Shown here piece after piece: positions 9,604 through 19,539 of a DNA stretch of 43,801 bases. Source of the DNA: Roseibacillus sp. (GTDB lineage: Bacteria; Verrucomicrobiota; Verrucomicrobiia; Verrucomicrobiales; Akkermansiaceae); contig CBDEUM010000027.1 in the NCBI GenBank assembly GCA_965242925.1, forward strand, positions 1-43,801, given 5' to 3'. The notes below the pieces were generated by a model. It was not told the DNA's origin, searched no databases, and was given only the letters and a program-made list of their open reading frames with translations. A program made the position numbers and the translations under genes. Each line of letters starts with the position of its first letter. Position 1 is the stretch's first letter.

Positions 9604-9816
9604 TGCATTAGGCTAGGAAAGAGCTGCTCCCATGAAAAGCCCTCATTGAAACACGGACATAATTCGATCGCGCGTGTTCACTCCCGGCATGTCTCCCCAT
9701 TTGTGCCGCACCTCACACCACATACGAAGAGAGGCCGCCACTGGACGGCGAGACTCTTTGTGATTGGCTGGAAGGTGAGAAAAGCAGACAAATGAGAACG
9801 TAGTTTCCGCCGCCTC

Positions 9817-11316
9817 ATGATCGCCCGTCATTCCGTTCTCATTTTCGTGGTTGCTCTGGCTGCGGCCCGCGCCGACGACGGAACCAGTCCGCCTCGCCTG
9901 AAACCACGCCCCGTCAACTATGGAACGGCTGGTTCAGCCACTCCCAGATGGCCGGAACGGATAGCCCTGCATGATCCTGGATCCAAGGATGCACTCTGGG
10001 CGCAGAAGAGCTTTGATCACAGCACCTGGAAAACCATGAGGTTGCCCGTCCACTGGGAAAAGGCGGGACTGCCCGACTACGATGGTATCGTGTGGTTCCG
10101 TCGCACGGTGGAGATCGGCGAAGAAATGGCACTCGGCAAAGCCACCCTGAGCCTGGGCGCCATCGATGACATGGACGTGACCTGGGTGAACGGGAAACGG
10201 GTGGGCGGATACGAACAGCCCGGAGCTCACTTCACTCCCCGCAACTACGAATTGCCCCCAGGCACGCTCATTCCGGGCAAGAACACCATCGCGGTACGTG
10301 TAATGGATCACGGCTCCGGGGGGGGACTGGCACAGACTCACGGAAAGATGCAACTGACCGGGGGTGGAAAGACGATTCCCTTCACGGGTTCCTGGCACTA
10401 CCGTGAAGGCGCAAGCCTGTCGAAACTTCTGGCCCCTGTGCCAACGGATTCCACCGCTATTGCAACCCCGGCAAAATCCTTCACAGGAAAATTTACCCTT
10501 CGCCCCCACGACGTGGTGGCCCTGGCGGGTGGCACCAACATGGTGAAGCAGTTCGAAGCGGGTCATCTGGAAGCGATGCTCACCCACACGGCCTCTGATC
10601 CCGTTTATTTTCGCGACCTTGCCTGGCAGGCAGACACCGTCTACCGCCAGCAGCGCCCGCGAAATTTCGGCACACACCTCGACCTGCTCAGACGCATGGG
10701 AGCAGGGGTCATCATTGCGAACTTCGGCCAGACGGAGGCTCTGGATGGAGCGACGCAGCTTCCGCAGTTTCTCACGGCCTACGGCAAACTCCTGGACGAG
10801 TTCGAGAAATGCACTCCCCGCATTGTCCTGGTGTCACCCCATCGCCATGAGAAAACCGGCAACCCACTCCTCCCCGACCTGAGCAGACGCAATGGAGATG
10901 TCGCCGCCTACAGTGAAGGCATTCGCCAACTGGCCCGACGGCGGGGTCACCTCTACGTCGACCTGTCCAAGCTCGATCCCTCGGGATTGACCAGTGACAG
11001 CAGCCACCTCAACCCGGAAGGTCAATGGGCCTGGGCACGGAATGTCATGTCGCAATTGACCGGACGGGAGATCTCCGAGCGGGACGGCACCCTTGAACCG
11101 CTGCGCCAGCGAATACAGCGCAAGAACGTTCTCTGGCGTCGACACTGGCGACCCTCCAACTGGTCGTTTCTCTACGGCAACCGCCAGCAGGTGCCCAGCA
11201 GCAGGGACCACCGGCCAGGCAAACCCCGCTGGTTCCCCGAAGAGATCAATGCCATCATCCCGCTCATCGAGCAGGCGGAAGCAGAAATCTGGAAAGCGAA
11301 GGAGGGCGTGAAGTGA
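9817..11316 (+). CDS. Secreted protein: galactose-binding-like (GH2-N/sialate O-acetylesterase-type) beta-sandwich plus SGNH/GDSL-like domain
   Basis: Signal peptide; WEKAGLPDYDGIVWFRR, LGAIDDMDVTWVNG and PGKNTIAVRV; then VVALAGGTN, NFGQTE and LTSDSSHLNPEG (DxxH). Its stop overlaps the next start (GTGA). Confidence 0.75.
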   Translation: MIARHSVLIFVVALAAARADDGTSPPRLKPRPVNYGTAGSATPRWPERIALHDPGSKDALWAQKSFDHSTWKTMRLPVHWEKAGLPDYDGIVWFRRTVEIGEEMALGKATLSLGAIDDMDVTWVNGKRVGGYEQPGAHFTPRNYELPPGTLIPGKNTIAVRVMDHGSGGGLAQTHGKMQLTGGGKTIPFTGSWHYREGASLSKLLAPVPTDSTAIATPAKSFTGKFTLRPHDVVALAGGTNMVKQFEAGHLEAMLTHTASDPVYFRDLAWQADTVYRQQRPRNFGTHLDLLRRMGAGVIIANFGQTEALDGATQLPQFLTAYGKLLDEFEKCTPRIVLVSPHRHEKTGNPLLPDLSRRNGDVAAYSEGIRQLARRRGHLYVDLSKLDPSGLTSDSSHLNPEGQWAWARNVMSQLTGREISERDGTLEPLRQRIQRKNVLWRRHWRPSNWSFLYGNRQQVPSSRDHRPGKPRWFPEEINAIIPLIEQAEAEIWKAKEGVK

Positions 11317-14312
11317 AGAAGCAGATCCTCGTCTGCCTCCTGTTCCTGGATCCCGCCGTGGGATTCGCCCAGCAGAAGAATTACTCGGTCGGTCCCGCCC
11401 TGCAGGACAACTCTGCCAGCGCCGAACTCTCTTCCTTCGAAATCGCGGCAGGTTACGAAGTCTCCCTCTTTGCGTCCGAGGAAAACGGCATCGCCAATCC
11501 CATCGTGATGCGCTGGGGTCCCAGGGGCCGCCTGTGGGTGCTCTGCTCTCTCGTCTATCCGCAGGCTCTCCCCACCAAGGCACCCGGCGACAAACTCTTC
11601 ATCCTGCAGGACAACGACCGGGATGGCCGCGTGGACGAAACGCTGGTCTTCGCAGACGGCCTGGACATGCCCACCGGATTTGCAATCGGCAATGGTGGAG
11701 TCTATCTCGGACAGGGCCAGGATCTCCTCTTCCTGCGGGATGAAAACGGCGACGACCGGGCGGATACCCGCGAGGTTCTCCTCACCGGATTTGGAACCGG
11801 TGACACCCACCAGAACATCAATTCCCTCACCTGGACCCCCGGCGGAGAACTGCTCTTCTGTCAGGGTTTGCACAATTTCTCCCGGGTGGAAACGCCCTGG
11901 GGCATCGTGCGCATGGATGAGCACGGTGTATGGCGCCTCCGGCCCCGGCGCATGCAGTTGCACGCCTTCCGGGGATGCAGCGGCCAGAACCCCTGGGGTC
12001 TTTCGCACGGACACTGGGGCGAACCCTTCGCCAAGAGCAACGGTAACGCGGTGAGCGAACTGCTGCCGGTCATGATCCACGCCGAACATCGCCATCAGCC
12101 GCTCGATATCGGCGGCACTCGGATCAAGAGCATGATCTGTGAGATCATCGATTCCCCCGCCCTCCCTGACGACCTGCAGGGTAACATCGTGATCGCGGGA
12201 TACTTCGCCCATCTCGTCGACCGCCTGAAAATCACCACCGACGGAGCCGGACACAAGGGTGAGCTGCTCGACCCGCTCTGGCGCACGGACCACCAGAGCT
12301 TCCGCCCTGTCGATGTCCAGACCGGACCGGACGGCGCCCTCTACGTTGCCGATTGGTACAATCCCATCATCGGACACTACCAGGCTTCCCTGCGCCATCC
12401 CAACCGGGACAAGAAGCACGGCCGGATCTGGCGCGTCACGGCCAAGGGGAAGAAAACCGTGGAACGACCGCAATATGACGGGATGCCGACCAGGAATCTG
12501 CTGGATGCTCTCAGGACCGCTCCCCTCAAGGAACGTGAGCGGCTGCGCATGATCCTCTCCAACCGCTACCGCGATCCGGAGGGTGCCGGACCTCTGGAGG
12601 AAGAGTTGGCCGCCTGGGTATCCACCCTCGACCCGGACGATCCCCGATTCGAGCACCACCTCTTCGAGGCCCTCTGCCTCTACGAATGGTTTGAAACGGT
12701 CAATGTCTCCCTCCTCAACCAGCTCCTCGGCGCCCGGGAACCACTCGCCAGAGCTTACGCCACCCGGGTGGTGGGACGGTGGCACGACCGCCTGCAGGAA
12801 CCATTGCGCTATCTCGAAAAATCAGCCGCTGATCCCCACCCGCGCGTGCGCCTGGAGGCGGTGGTGGCCGCCAGCCAGTTCCAATCCGCCGAGGCCATGG
12901 CAGTAGCGGCCCGCGTGCTGGAGGCACCCACCGACCGCTTCCTGGAAGCCGCCCTGCGCCAGTGCGCACACGCCCTGCAACCCTGGTGGTTTGCCGCCCT
13001 TCAGGAGGGCAAACTCGCCATCTCGGACGCTGGCCAGCTGGCTTTTCTCCTCCAACAGACGACCGGGCAGGGTGCGGCCGGGATAGCACGGGCCATGCTG
13101 GAGGAACAGACCAGCGACCGGAGCAGCCCAACCTTTGCCACTCTGGCCAAGGTGCTGGCCACGCAGGGAACGATCGAGGATATCGAATGGCTCGTCACCC
13201 TCGCTTATAAATTCCGCGAGAACGCCACACCTGCCCTGGCGGCCCTGGTGGAGTCCGCCCGACTCCGCAACCTGAAACCCCGCACCTCCGTCCTGCCACT
13301 GCTTCTCGTCTTCGCCGTCGAAAGCGGAACAACCGGACAACGCATGCATGCCCTGCAGTTGATCGGGCACTGGAACCTTCGCGATCTAGGCGATCGCGTG
13401 ATCGAGGCCAGTCTCAATCCCCGCTTCAAGCCGGAGGTTCGTATCGCAGCCGTGGAAGCCATGGGCCGCCTGCCGGACATGGGCGAATCCCGTCTCAACG
13501 CCCTGAGCCGACTGCTCGACAAGGCGGAAGAAGTCGGCCTGCGTCACGCTGCCTTGGACACCCTGGCCGGGATTGATCCGGTCCGCGCGGCCCGGATTGC
13601 GGCCGGGGCTCTTGCCACGGCCGGAAAGGACGACCCCCTGGAACCCTATCTCGTTCCCTTCCTCACTCGCAAGGGAGGAGACGTCGCCCTCGCTGCCACC
13701 CTGAAGGAAACCGGACTGAAACCGGAACTCCGCGCCCGCATCCAGGGAGCACTGGGAGCGACCGGGGTCCACTCTCCCGCCCTCGCCGGGGTTCTTGAGG
13801 CTGCCGGCCCGGCCAGGCGCAAGACCATCGGCATGCCGGCCTACAGCGAGCAATGGATCAACATGCTCGCTGCCGAAGTCAGGGCAGGTGGTGATGCCAA
13901 GCATGGATCAGAAATCTATCATCGCGATTCCCTGGCCTGCACGAGGTGCCATCTCATAGACGGATGCGGGCTGGACTTTGGTCCGGAACTGACCGCGGTG
14001 GGGGCGGGACTGCCAGTCGAAATCATCATCGAATCCGTGGTCTGGCCCCGACGCCAGATCAAGGAAGGCTACCTCTCCACCACCATCACGACCCGCGATG
14101 ACCAGGTGGTGAGTGGTCACCTCAAGCATGAGGACAAGCAACGCATCGTCATCGAAGACGCGGCAACCAGGACCAGAAAGACCCTGGCTCCCGGCAACGT
14201 CGCCCAGCGCCAGGATGCCGGCACGGTCATGCCCCCCGGGTTGACCTCCCAATTGAACAGGAAAGAATTGCGGGACCTGATCCGTTTCCTCTCCGAACAA
14301 AAGGGAAAGTAG
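11313..14312 (+). CDS. PVC-type haem-binding CxxCH protein (membrane-bound-dehydrogenase-like propeller, HEAT repeats, cytochrome c domain)
   Basis: FEIAAGYEVSLFASE, NPIVMRWGPRGRLWV, DNDRDGRVD, GFGTGDTHQ, FRPVDVQTGPDGALYVADWYNPIIGH, HGRIWR; HEAT-like RVRLEAVVAAS; haem motif CTRCH (13938-13952), GPELT and distal VMPPGL. Confidence 0.9.
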   Translation: MKKQILVCLLFLDPAVGFAQQKNYSVGPALQDNSASAELSSFEIAAGYEVSLFASEENGIANPIVMRWGPRGRLWVLCSLVYPQALPTKAPGDKLFILQDNDRDGRVDETLVFADGLDMPTGFAIGNGGVYLGQGQDLLFLRDENGDDRADTREVLLTGFGTGDTHQNINSLTWTPGGELLFCQGLHNFSRVETPWGIVRMDEHGVWRLRPRRMQLHAFRGCSGQNPWGLSHGHWGEPFAKSNGNAVSELLPVMIHAEHRHQPLDIGGTRIKSMICEIIDSPALPDDLQGNIVIAGYFAHLVDRLKITTDGAGHKGELLDPLWRTDHQSFRPVDVQTGPDGALYVADWYNPIIGHYQASLRHPNRDKKHGRIWRVTAKGKKTVERPQYDGMPTRNLLDALRTAPLKERERLRMILSNRYRDPEGAGPLEEELAAWVSTLDPDDPRFEHHLFEALCLYEWFETVNVSLLNQLLGAREPLARAYATRVVGRWHDRLQEPLRYLEKSAADPHPRVRLEAVVAASQFQSAEAMAVAARVLEAPTDRFLEAALRQCAHALQPWWFAALQEGKLAISDAGQLAFLLQQTTGQGAAGIARAMLEEQTSDRSSPTFATLAKVLATQGTIEDIEWLVTLAYKFRENATPALAALVESARLRNLKPRTSVLPLLLVFAVESGTTGQRMHALQLIGHWNLRDLGDRVIEASLNPRFKPEVRIAAVEAMGRLPDMGESRLNALSRLLDKAEEVGLRHAALDTLAGIDPVRAARIAAGALATAGKDDPLEPYLVPFLTRKGGDVALAATLKETGLKPELRARIQGALGATGVHSPALAGVLEAAGPARRKTIGMPAYSEQWINMLAAEVRAGGDAKHGSEIYHRDSLACTRCHLIDGCGLDFGPELTAVGAGLPVEIIIESVVWPRRQIKEGYLSTTITTRDDQVVSGHLKHEDKQRIVIEDAATRTRKTLAPGNVAQRQDAGTVMPPGLTSQLNRKELRDLIRFLSEQKGK

Positions 14313-14429
14313 GAGACCTGAAGCCTCTTTCCCCTGAACAGCCTCCCTGAAGTTACCCCGCCAGTCGATTGACGGATCCCGCCCAGCCTGCTGCAATCCG
14401 CAACGTTCCACTCATAAATCACCACAATC

Positions 14430-15338
14430 ATGAAACCGCGAATCGTTCTACACCTTGCCTCCCTCACCCTTGCAGGCGCGCTGCTCAGCGGCAATGCCCT
14501 CGGGGAAGACAAGAAGATGAAAGTCCTCATCATCGACGGCCAGAACAACCACAACTGGAAGGCCACTACCCCGGTGCTGGTGGAAGCCCTCGAGTCCTGC
14601 GGGCAATTCCAGGTGACCGTCTCAACCTCTCCTCCGGGCGGTGCCAGCCAAGAGGTCTGGGAAAAGTGGCGGCCTGCCTTCAGCAAGGCCGATACCGTCC
14701 TCAGCAACTACAACGGACAGGACTGGCCCGAAGAAGTGCAGAAGTCCTTCCTCGCCTACGTGAACGGAGGAGGAGGTTTCGTGGTGGTTCATGCTGCCAA
14801 CAATTCCTTCGGCAAGTGGAAGGAGTACAACAAGATCATCGGCGTTGGCGGATGGGGTGGACGCAAGATCGGACGCGATGGCCCGTGGGTGCACATCGTG
14901 GAGGGGAAGGCGGTCCGCGATTCCGAGACCAAGGGCAACGGCGGCAGCCACGGGCCACGTCATCCCTTCAAGGTCGAACACATCGACACCACCCATCCGG
15001 TTACCAAGGGACTTCCCGCCAAGTGGATGCACCAGAAGGATGAACTCTACTGCCGCCTTTGTGGGCCCGCCGAGAACATGGAAGTCCAGGGCTTCTCCTA
15101 CTCACCGCAGTCCAAGCGCAACGAACCGATGCTCATGACCATCTCCTATGGTGACGGCCGGGTCTTTCACACCCCGATGGGACACGACGTGGAAGCAATG
15201 CGTTGCCGCGGTTTCTTCACCATCATTCAACGTGGAACCGAGTGGGCTGCCACCGGCGCAGTCAAGCGTACCGCCAAGGTCCCCGATGATTTTCCCACCG
15301 AGGAAAAGGTGTCGGTGGTGCCCTCTGCCAAGAAGTAA
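14430..15338 (+). CDS. Secreted ThuA-domain (trehalose utilisation, class I GATase-like fold) protein
   Basis: Signal peptide; KVLIIDGQNNHNW, GGGFVVVHAANNSF, HPVTKGLP, DELY, YGDGRVFHTPMGH, RGTEWAATG. Confidence 0.88.
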   Translation: MKPRIVLHLASLTLAGALLSGNALGEDKKMKVLIIDGQNNHNWKATTPVLVEALESCGQFQVTVSTSPPGGASQEVWEKWRPAFSKADTVLSNYNGQDWPEEVQKSFLAYVNGGGGFVVVHAANNSFGKWKEYNKIIGVGGWGGRKIGRDGPWVHIVEGKAVRDSETKGNGGSHGPRHPFKVEHIDTTHPVTKGLPAKWMHQKDELYCRLCGPAENMEVQGFSYSPQSKRNEPMLMTISYGDGRVFHTPMGHDVEAMRCRGFFTIIQRGTEWAATGAVKRTAKVPDDFPTEEKVSVVPSAKK

Positions 15339-15361
15339 GCACCCGGCTTTCCCCATGGCGC

Positions 15362-15385
15362 GCACCCGTCCCAACAGGCGGGTGC
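15362..15385 (+). terminator. 9-bp stem hairpin between the two ThuA genes
   Basis: gcacccgtc-ccaaca-ggcgggtgc, followed by only a weak pyrimidine run. Confidence 0.35.
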
Positions 15386-15455
15386 CCTTCGGGCCCCTCC
15401 CCGATATAGCATGCACCGGAATGAGTCCGGCCCTCAACACCTGCTTCACATCCAC

Positions 15456-16244
15456 ATGAATTCCTCAATCCCGATGCGCTCTCTTGCTATCCTTCTCGCC
15501 ACTTCTTTCACGGTTCTCGGGCTAGCCTCGGCCAAACCCATTGAGGTCCTCGTCTATTCCAAGACCTCTTGGTACCGCCATCCCGAGATTCCGCGAATCA
15601 ATGGCTACCTCGCAATCCTCGGGGCAAAAAACGACATCAATGTCAGCATCACGGAAAGCCCCGATGAGCTCAGTGCGCGCAACCTCGGGAACTACGACCT
15701 CATTCTATTCAATAACTCCACTAACCTCGGAGAGAGCCTGACCGTGGAGCAGCGCAAGCCGATCATCGAGTGGTTCAAGAAAGGGGGCGGCATCATGGTC
15801 ATGCATGCCGGCATCGTGCAGAACGGCACCTGGCCCGAACTGATCGAGATCGCAGGCTGCGACTTTCACGGGGATTCCGAATTTGTGGAGGCGCGCTTCC
15901 TGGTTGATCCCAAGGCGGAAGGAGACCCGGTCGTCGCGGGCAAGAGCAAGGAGTTCACATACACCGCTGACTGGCTGAACTTCGACAAATCCGTCACCGG
16001 CCTGCCAGGCGTCGAGGTTCTCCTGCGCCTGGACGAGAAAAGCTATGTTCCCGTCCGGGAACACCCCTCCTACACAGACATGAAACCGATGGGTGCCGAC
16101 CACCCAATCTGCTGGCGGCGCAAACTTGGGAATAGTCGTTACTTCTTCACCGGCCTGGGACACGACGTCAAATCGATTGATACCGAGTTCGGCCGCGCCC
16201 ACCTGCTGGCCGGAATCCGGTGGACCGCCGGCAAAGCCAGGTAG
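15456..16244 (+). CDS. Second secreted ThuA-domain protein (start 15456 or 15474)
   Basis: Signal peptide; VLVYSKTSWYRH, LILFNNST, GGGIMVMHA, LDEKSY, MGADHPICW, RYFFTGLGH, HLLAGIRW. Confidence 0.85.
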   Translation: MNSSIPMRSLAILLATSFTVLGLASAKPIEVLVYSKTSWYRHPEIPRINGYLAILGAKNDINVSITESPDELSARNLGNYDLILFNNSTNLGESLTVEQRKPIIEWFKKGGGIMVMHAGIVQNGTWPELIEIAGCDFHGDSEFVEARFLVDPKAEGDPVVAGKSKEFTYTADWLNFDKSVTGLPGVEVLLRLDEKSYVPVREHPSYTDMKPMGADHPICWRRKLGNSRYFFTGLGHDVKSIDTEFGRAHLLAGIRWTAGKAR

Positions 16245-16295
16245 CCCTGGCCCCACCCGAAAGATCTCGCCCCAATCATCCGTTCTTACGGTCCC

Positions 16296-17681
16296 ATGAT
16301 ACGCATTAACGTAGCCCTCTTCCTTTTCCTCGCAACCTGGGGTTCCCTCCCCGGCGCACAGACTCCGAATATCGTCATCTTCCTCGTTGACGACATGGGC
16401 TGGGGTGATCTGGGCTGCTATGGGAACGAGATCATTCAGTCGCCCCACCTGGACAAGTTTGCCACCGAGGGGATCCGCTTTACCCAGTGCTATTCGGCCT
16501 GCGGGGTCTGTTCCCCCTCCCGCTCGTCCATCCTGACCGGTCGCACTCCCTATCGCAATGGGGTGTGGCGCTGGATTCCGGGGGGACATTCCTGCCACCT
16601 CCGCGAGAGCGAGATCACCCTGCCCGAACTCCTCAGGGAAAAGGGATACGATACCTGTCACGTGGGCAAATGGCACCTCAATGGCCACTTCAACAGCGAC
16701 AAGCAACCCCAGCCCGACGACCACGGCTACAATCACTGGATGGCAACCCAGAACAACGCCGCTCCCAACCACAAGAATCCGACCAACTTTGTTCTCAACG
16801 GAAAAGCAATGGGCAAGCTGGAGGGGTTTTCCGCGCCCCTCGTGGCCCGGGAAGGCGTTCGCTGGCTGAAGGAGGTTCGCAACAGGAAGAAACCCTTTCT
16901 TCTCTCGGTCTGGACCCACGAACCACACCTCCCGATTGAATCGGCAGAGGAATTCATGAAGCCCTATGCGGGGATCAAGGATGAAGGAATCCGGCAGCAC
17001 CATGGCAACATCACCCAGCTCGACCACGCCTTCGGAATCGTGATGAGGGGCCTGGATAAACTGGGCCTCCGCGACGACACCATTGTCTTCTTTACCTCTG
17101 ACAACGGACCCGAGGGCAGGGGAACCAACGGACGGACCCGGGGGTCAACGGGTGGCCTGCGGGGTCGCAAGCGTGACAGTCATGAAGGAGGGATCCGGGT
17201 GGCAGGACTGGTGCGCTGGCCCGACAGGATCATGCCCGGATCGGTGAGCGATGTCCCGGTAATCGGCTCTGACATATTTTCCACGGTGCTCGACATCACG
17301 AAAATTCCCCTCCCCGCCGACCGCACAATTGACGGCGTCAGCATGGTCCCGGCCTTCGACGACAAACCCCTCAAGCGTTCAATACCTCTCTTCTGGCGAA
17401 CGCGTATTGCCCCGGCCAACAGCCACGCTGCCCTCCGCATTGGGGACTGGAAACTGGTTTCCAACAAATCATTCGACAAGTTTCAGCTCTATGAGATCCA
17501 GAAGGACTGGAAGGAGGAGCACAATCTCGCTGCCGAGAAGGAGGAAAAACTCGAAGAGATGAAAAAGGTATTCTTCAAGGTGCTTGAGGGAATTGAAAAA
17601 GAAGGTCCCAGCGAGTGGTGGAAGAACGAACCCGCCCGCAAGAAGAAACCGCGCAAGAAGAAGACCGCCCCCGGCAACTGA
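16296..17681 (+). CDS. Secreted Cys-type (formylglycine) sulfatase
   Basis: PNIVIFLVDDMG, CSPSR (CxPxR), GKWHL, FTSDNG and EGGIRV; Lys-rich C-terminal tail. Confidence 0.95.
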   Translation: MIRINVALFLFLATWGSLPGAQTPNIVIFLVDDMGWGDLGCYGNEIIQSPHLDKFATEGIRFTQCYSACGVCSPSRSSILTGRTPYRNGVWRWIPGGHSCHLRESEITLPELLREKGYDTCHVGKWHLNGHFNSDKQPQPDDHGYNHWMATQNNAAPNHKNPTNFVLNGKAMGKLEGFSAPLVAREGVRWLKEVRNRKKPFLLSVWTHEPHLPIESAEEFMKPYAGIKDEGIRQHHGNITQLDHAFGIVMRGLDKLGLRDDTIVFFTSDNGPEGRGTNGRTRGSTGGLRGRKRDSHEGGIRVAGLVRWPDRIMPGSVSDVPVIGSDIFSTVLDITKIPLPADRTIDGVSMVPAFDDKPLKRSIPLFWRTRIAPANSHAALRIGDWKLVSNKSFDKFQLYEIQKDWKEEHNLAAEKEEKLEEMKKVFFKVLEGIEKEGPSEWWKNEPARKKKPRKKKTAPGN

Positions 17682-17787
17682 CCGATTCGCCTCCGCGGCC
17701 CGCAGTCCCGATCCACTCTGCATGTGGGGGCAGAATCGCTTGCTCTCTCTCGACATGAAGAAATAATTCCCCAAGATTCAACATCCC

Positions 17788-19398
17788 ATGAAAACCATCC
17801 TTGCCCTCTGGCTGGCCACCTGCGCCCCGCTCCTCACCGCTGCCTCGCAGCCCAACATCGTCTTTATCTTCAGCGACGATCACGCCCCGCACGCAATCGG
17901 CGCCTACGACGGTTGGCTCAAGAGCGTCAACCCCACGCCACACATCGACCAGTTGGCCGCCCAGGGCATGCTCTTCCGCAAGAGCTTCTGCACCAACTCG
18001 ATTTGCGGACCCAGCCGGGCCGTCATCATCACGGGCAAGCACAGCCACAAGAATGGATTCATGAACAATGGGAACAACTTCGACGGTTCCCAGCAAACCT
18101 TCCCCAAGCTCCTGCAGAAAGCCGGCTACCAGACAGCCATGTTCGGAAAGTGGCATCTCAAGTCCAAACCACAGGGTTTTGACAAGTGGATGGTCCTGCC
18201 CGGGCAGGGCCTCTACTACAATCCCGACCTTCTCACCCCGGAAGGGAAAATCACCATTGAAGGCCACTGCACTGATATCGTGACCAACCTTGCCGTCGAC
18301 TGGCTCAAGAAAGGCCGCAACCAGGAAAAGCCTTTCCTGTTGATGTGTCAGCACAAGGCCCCCCACCGCAACTGGATGCCGGCCCTGCGCCACCTGCATC
18401 TCTGGGCTGATGAGGACCTCCCCGAACCGAAAACCCTTTTCGACGACTGGAAGGACAACGCCAGTCCCGCCCGTTGGCAGGAACTCGAGATCGACGGCCA
18501 CATGGACCTGCAGTTCGATCTCTTCTACAATCTCACTCCCGCCTACAAGGGCGCGGACCGAAAGGGCATGTTCGACAAATCCGCCTGGCGCAACATGTCA
18601 CGCATGACACCCTCCCAGCTCACAGCCTGGCGCAACCACTATGCCCCACGCGATGCCGCTCTGAAGAAGGCCGGCCTCAAGGGCAAGGATCTCGTGCGTT
18701 GGAAATACCAGCGCTATGCCAAGAACTATCTTCGCTCGGTACGGGGCGTGGACGAGAGCGTGGGTAGTCTCATGCGCACGCTGGATGAGATGGGAATCGC
18801 AGACAATACCATCGTAGTCTACTCCTCCGACCAGGGATTCTATGTCGGCGATCACGGATGGTTCGATAAACGCTGGATGTATGAGGAGTCCCTGCTCATG
18901 CCTCTCATCATCAAGTGGCCTGGCGTAACCAGACCGGGTTCAAGGGATGACAGGCACCTGGTGCAGAATCTTGACTACGCGGAAACCTTCCTTGAAGCGG
19001 CGGGAGTGGAAATCCCCGGGGATATGCAGGGCCGCTCCCTCGTCCCTCTCCTCAGGGGCAAGGCACCCAAGGACTGGCGGGACAGCATCTACTACCACTA
19101 TTATGAGTATCCCAGCGTACACCAGGTCCCGCGGCACAATGGGATTCGCACCGAGCGCTACAAGCTCATCCAGTTCTACGAGTTCGGGGAGTGGGAATTC
19201 TATGATCTGAAGGAAGATCCCGATGAACTTCGCAACCTCTACAACGATGAGAAGTATGCTGCGCAGATTTCCGAGGTGAAGAATCAACTGGAAGGATTGC
19301 GCAGAAAGTACGAGGACAAATCGGTAGGCACGCTCAAGCCGGAAGCATGGCGCAAGAAGTACCGTAGCAAGCAGTTCCGGGTGGTGGATGAACTGTAA
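17788..19398 (+). CDS. Secreted Cys-type sulfatase (GlcNAc-6-sulfatase-like, DUF4976-type C-terminus)
   Basis: PNIVFIFSDDH, CGPSR, GKWHL, HKAPHRNW, YSSDQGFYVGDHGWFDKRWMYEES, YYHYYEYP, GIRTERYKLI. Confidence 0.95.
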   Translation: MKTILALWLATCAPLLTAASQPNIVFIFSDDHAPHAIGAYDGWLKSVNPTPHIDQLAAQGMLFRKSFCTNSICGPSRAVIITGKHSHKNGFMNNGNNFDGSQQTFPKLLQKAGYQTAMFGKWHLKSKPQGFDKWMVLPGQGLYYNPDLLTPEGKITIEGHCTDIVTNLAVDWLKKGRNQEKPFLLMCQHKAPHRNWMPALRHLHLWADEDLPEPKTLFDDWKDNASPARWQELEIDGHMDLQFDLFYNLTPAYKGADRKGMFDKSAWRNMSRMTPSQLTAWRNHYAPRDAALKKAGLKGKDLVRWKYQRYAKNYLRSVRGVDESVGSLMRTLDEMGIADNTIVVYSSDQGFYVGDHGWFDKRWMYEESLLMPLIIKWPGVTRPGSRDDRHLVQNLDYAETFLEAAGVEIPGDMQGRSLVPLLRGKAPKDWRDSIYYHYYEYPSVHQVPRHNGIRTERYKLIQFYEFGEWEFYDLKEDPDELRNLYNDEKYAAQISEVKNQLEGLRRKYEDKSVGTLKPEAWRKKYRSKQFRVVDEL

Positions 19399-19495
19399 AC
19401 AATCCGCTCGGCAAGAACTTTCAATTTCTGGCGGACAAACTCACCGGTAAACCGCCATAATGGCGGGAGATGAAGATCTGTTCCTGCTCGTCTCC

Positions 19496-19526
19496 TTGAC
19501 CCTTCCCGCACAAAAGGGTATATCAT
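19496..19526 (+). promoter_or_regulatory. Possible sigma70-type promoter of the L,D-transpeptidase gene
   Basis: TTGACC (19496-19501) and TATCAT (19521-19526); the 19-nt spacer is longer than optimal. Confidence 0.3.
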
Positions 19527-19539
19527 TGCCACCCCTCCC

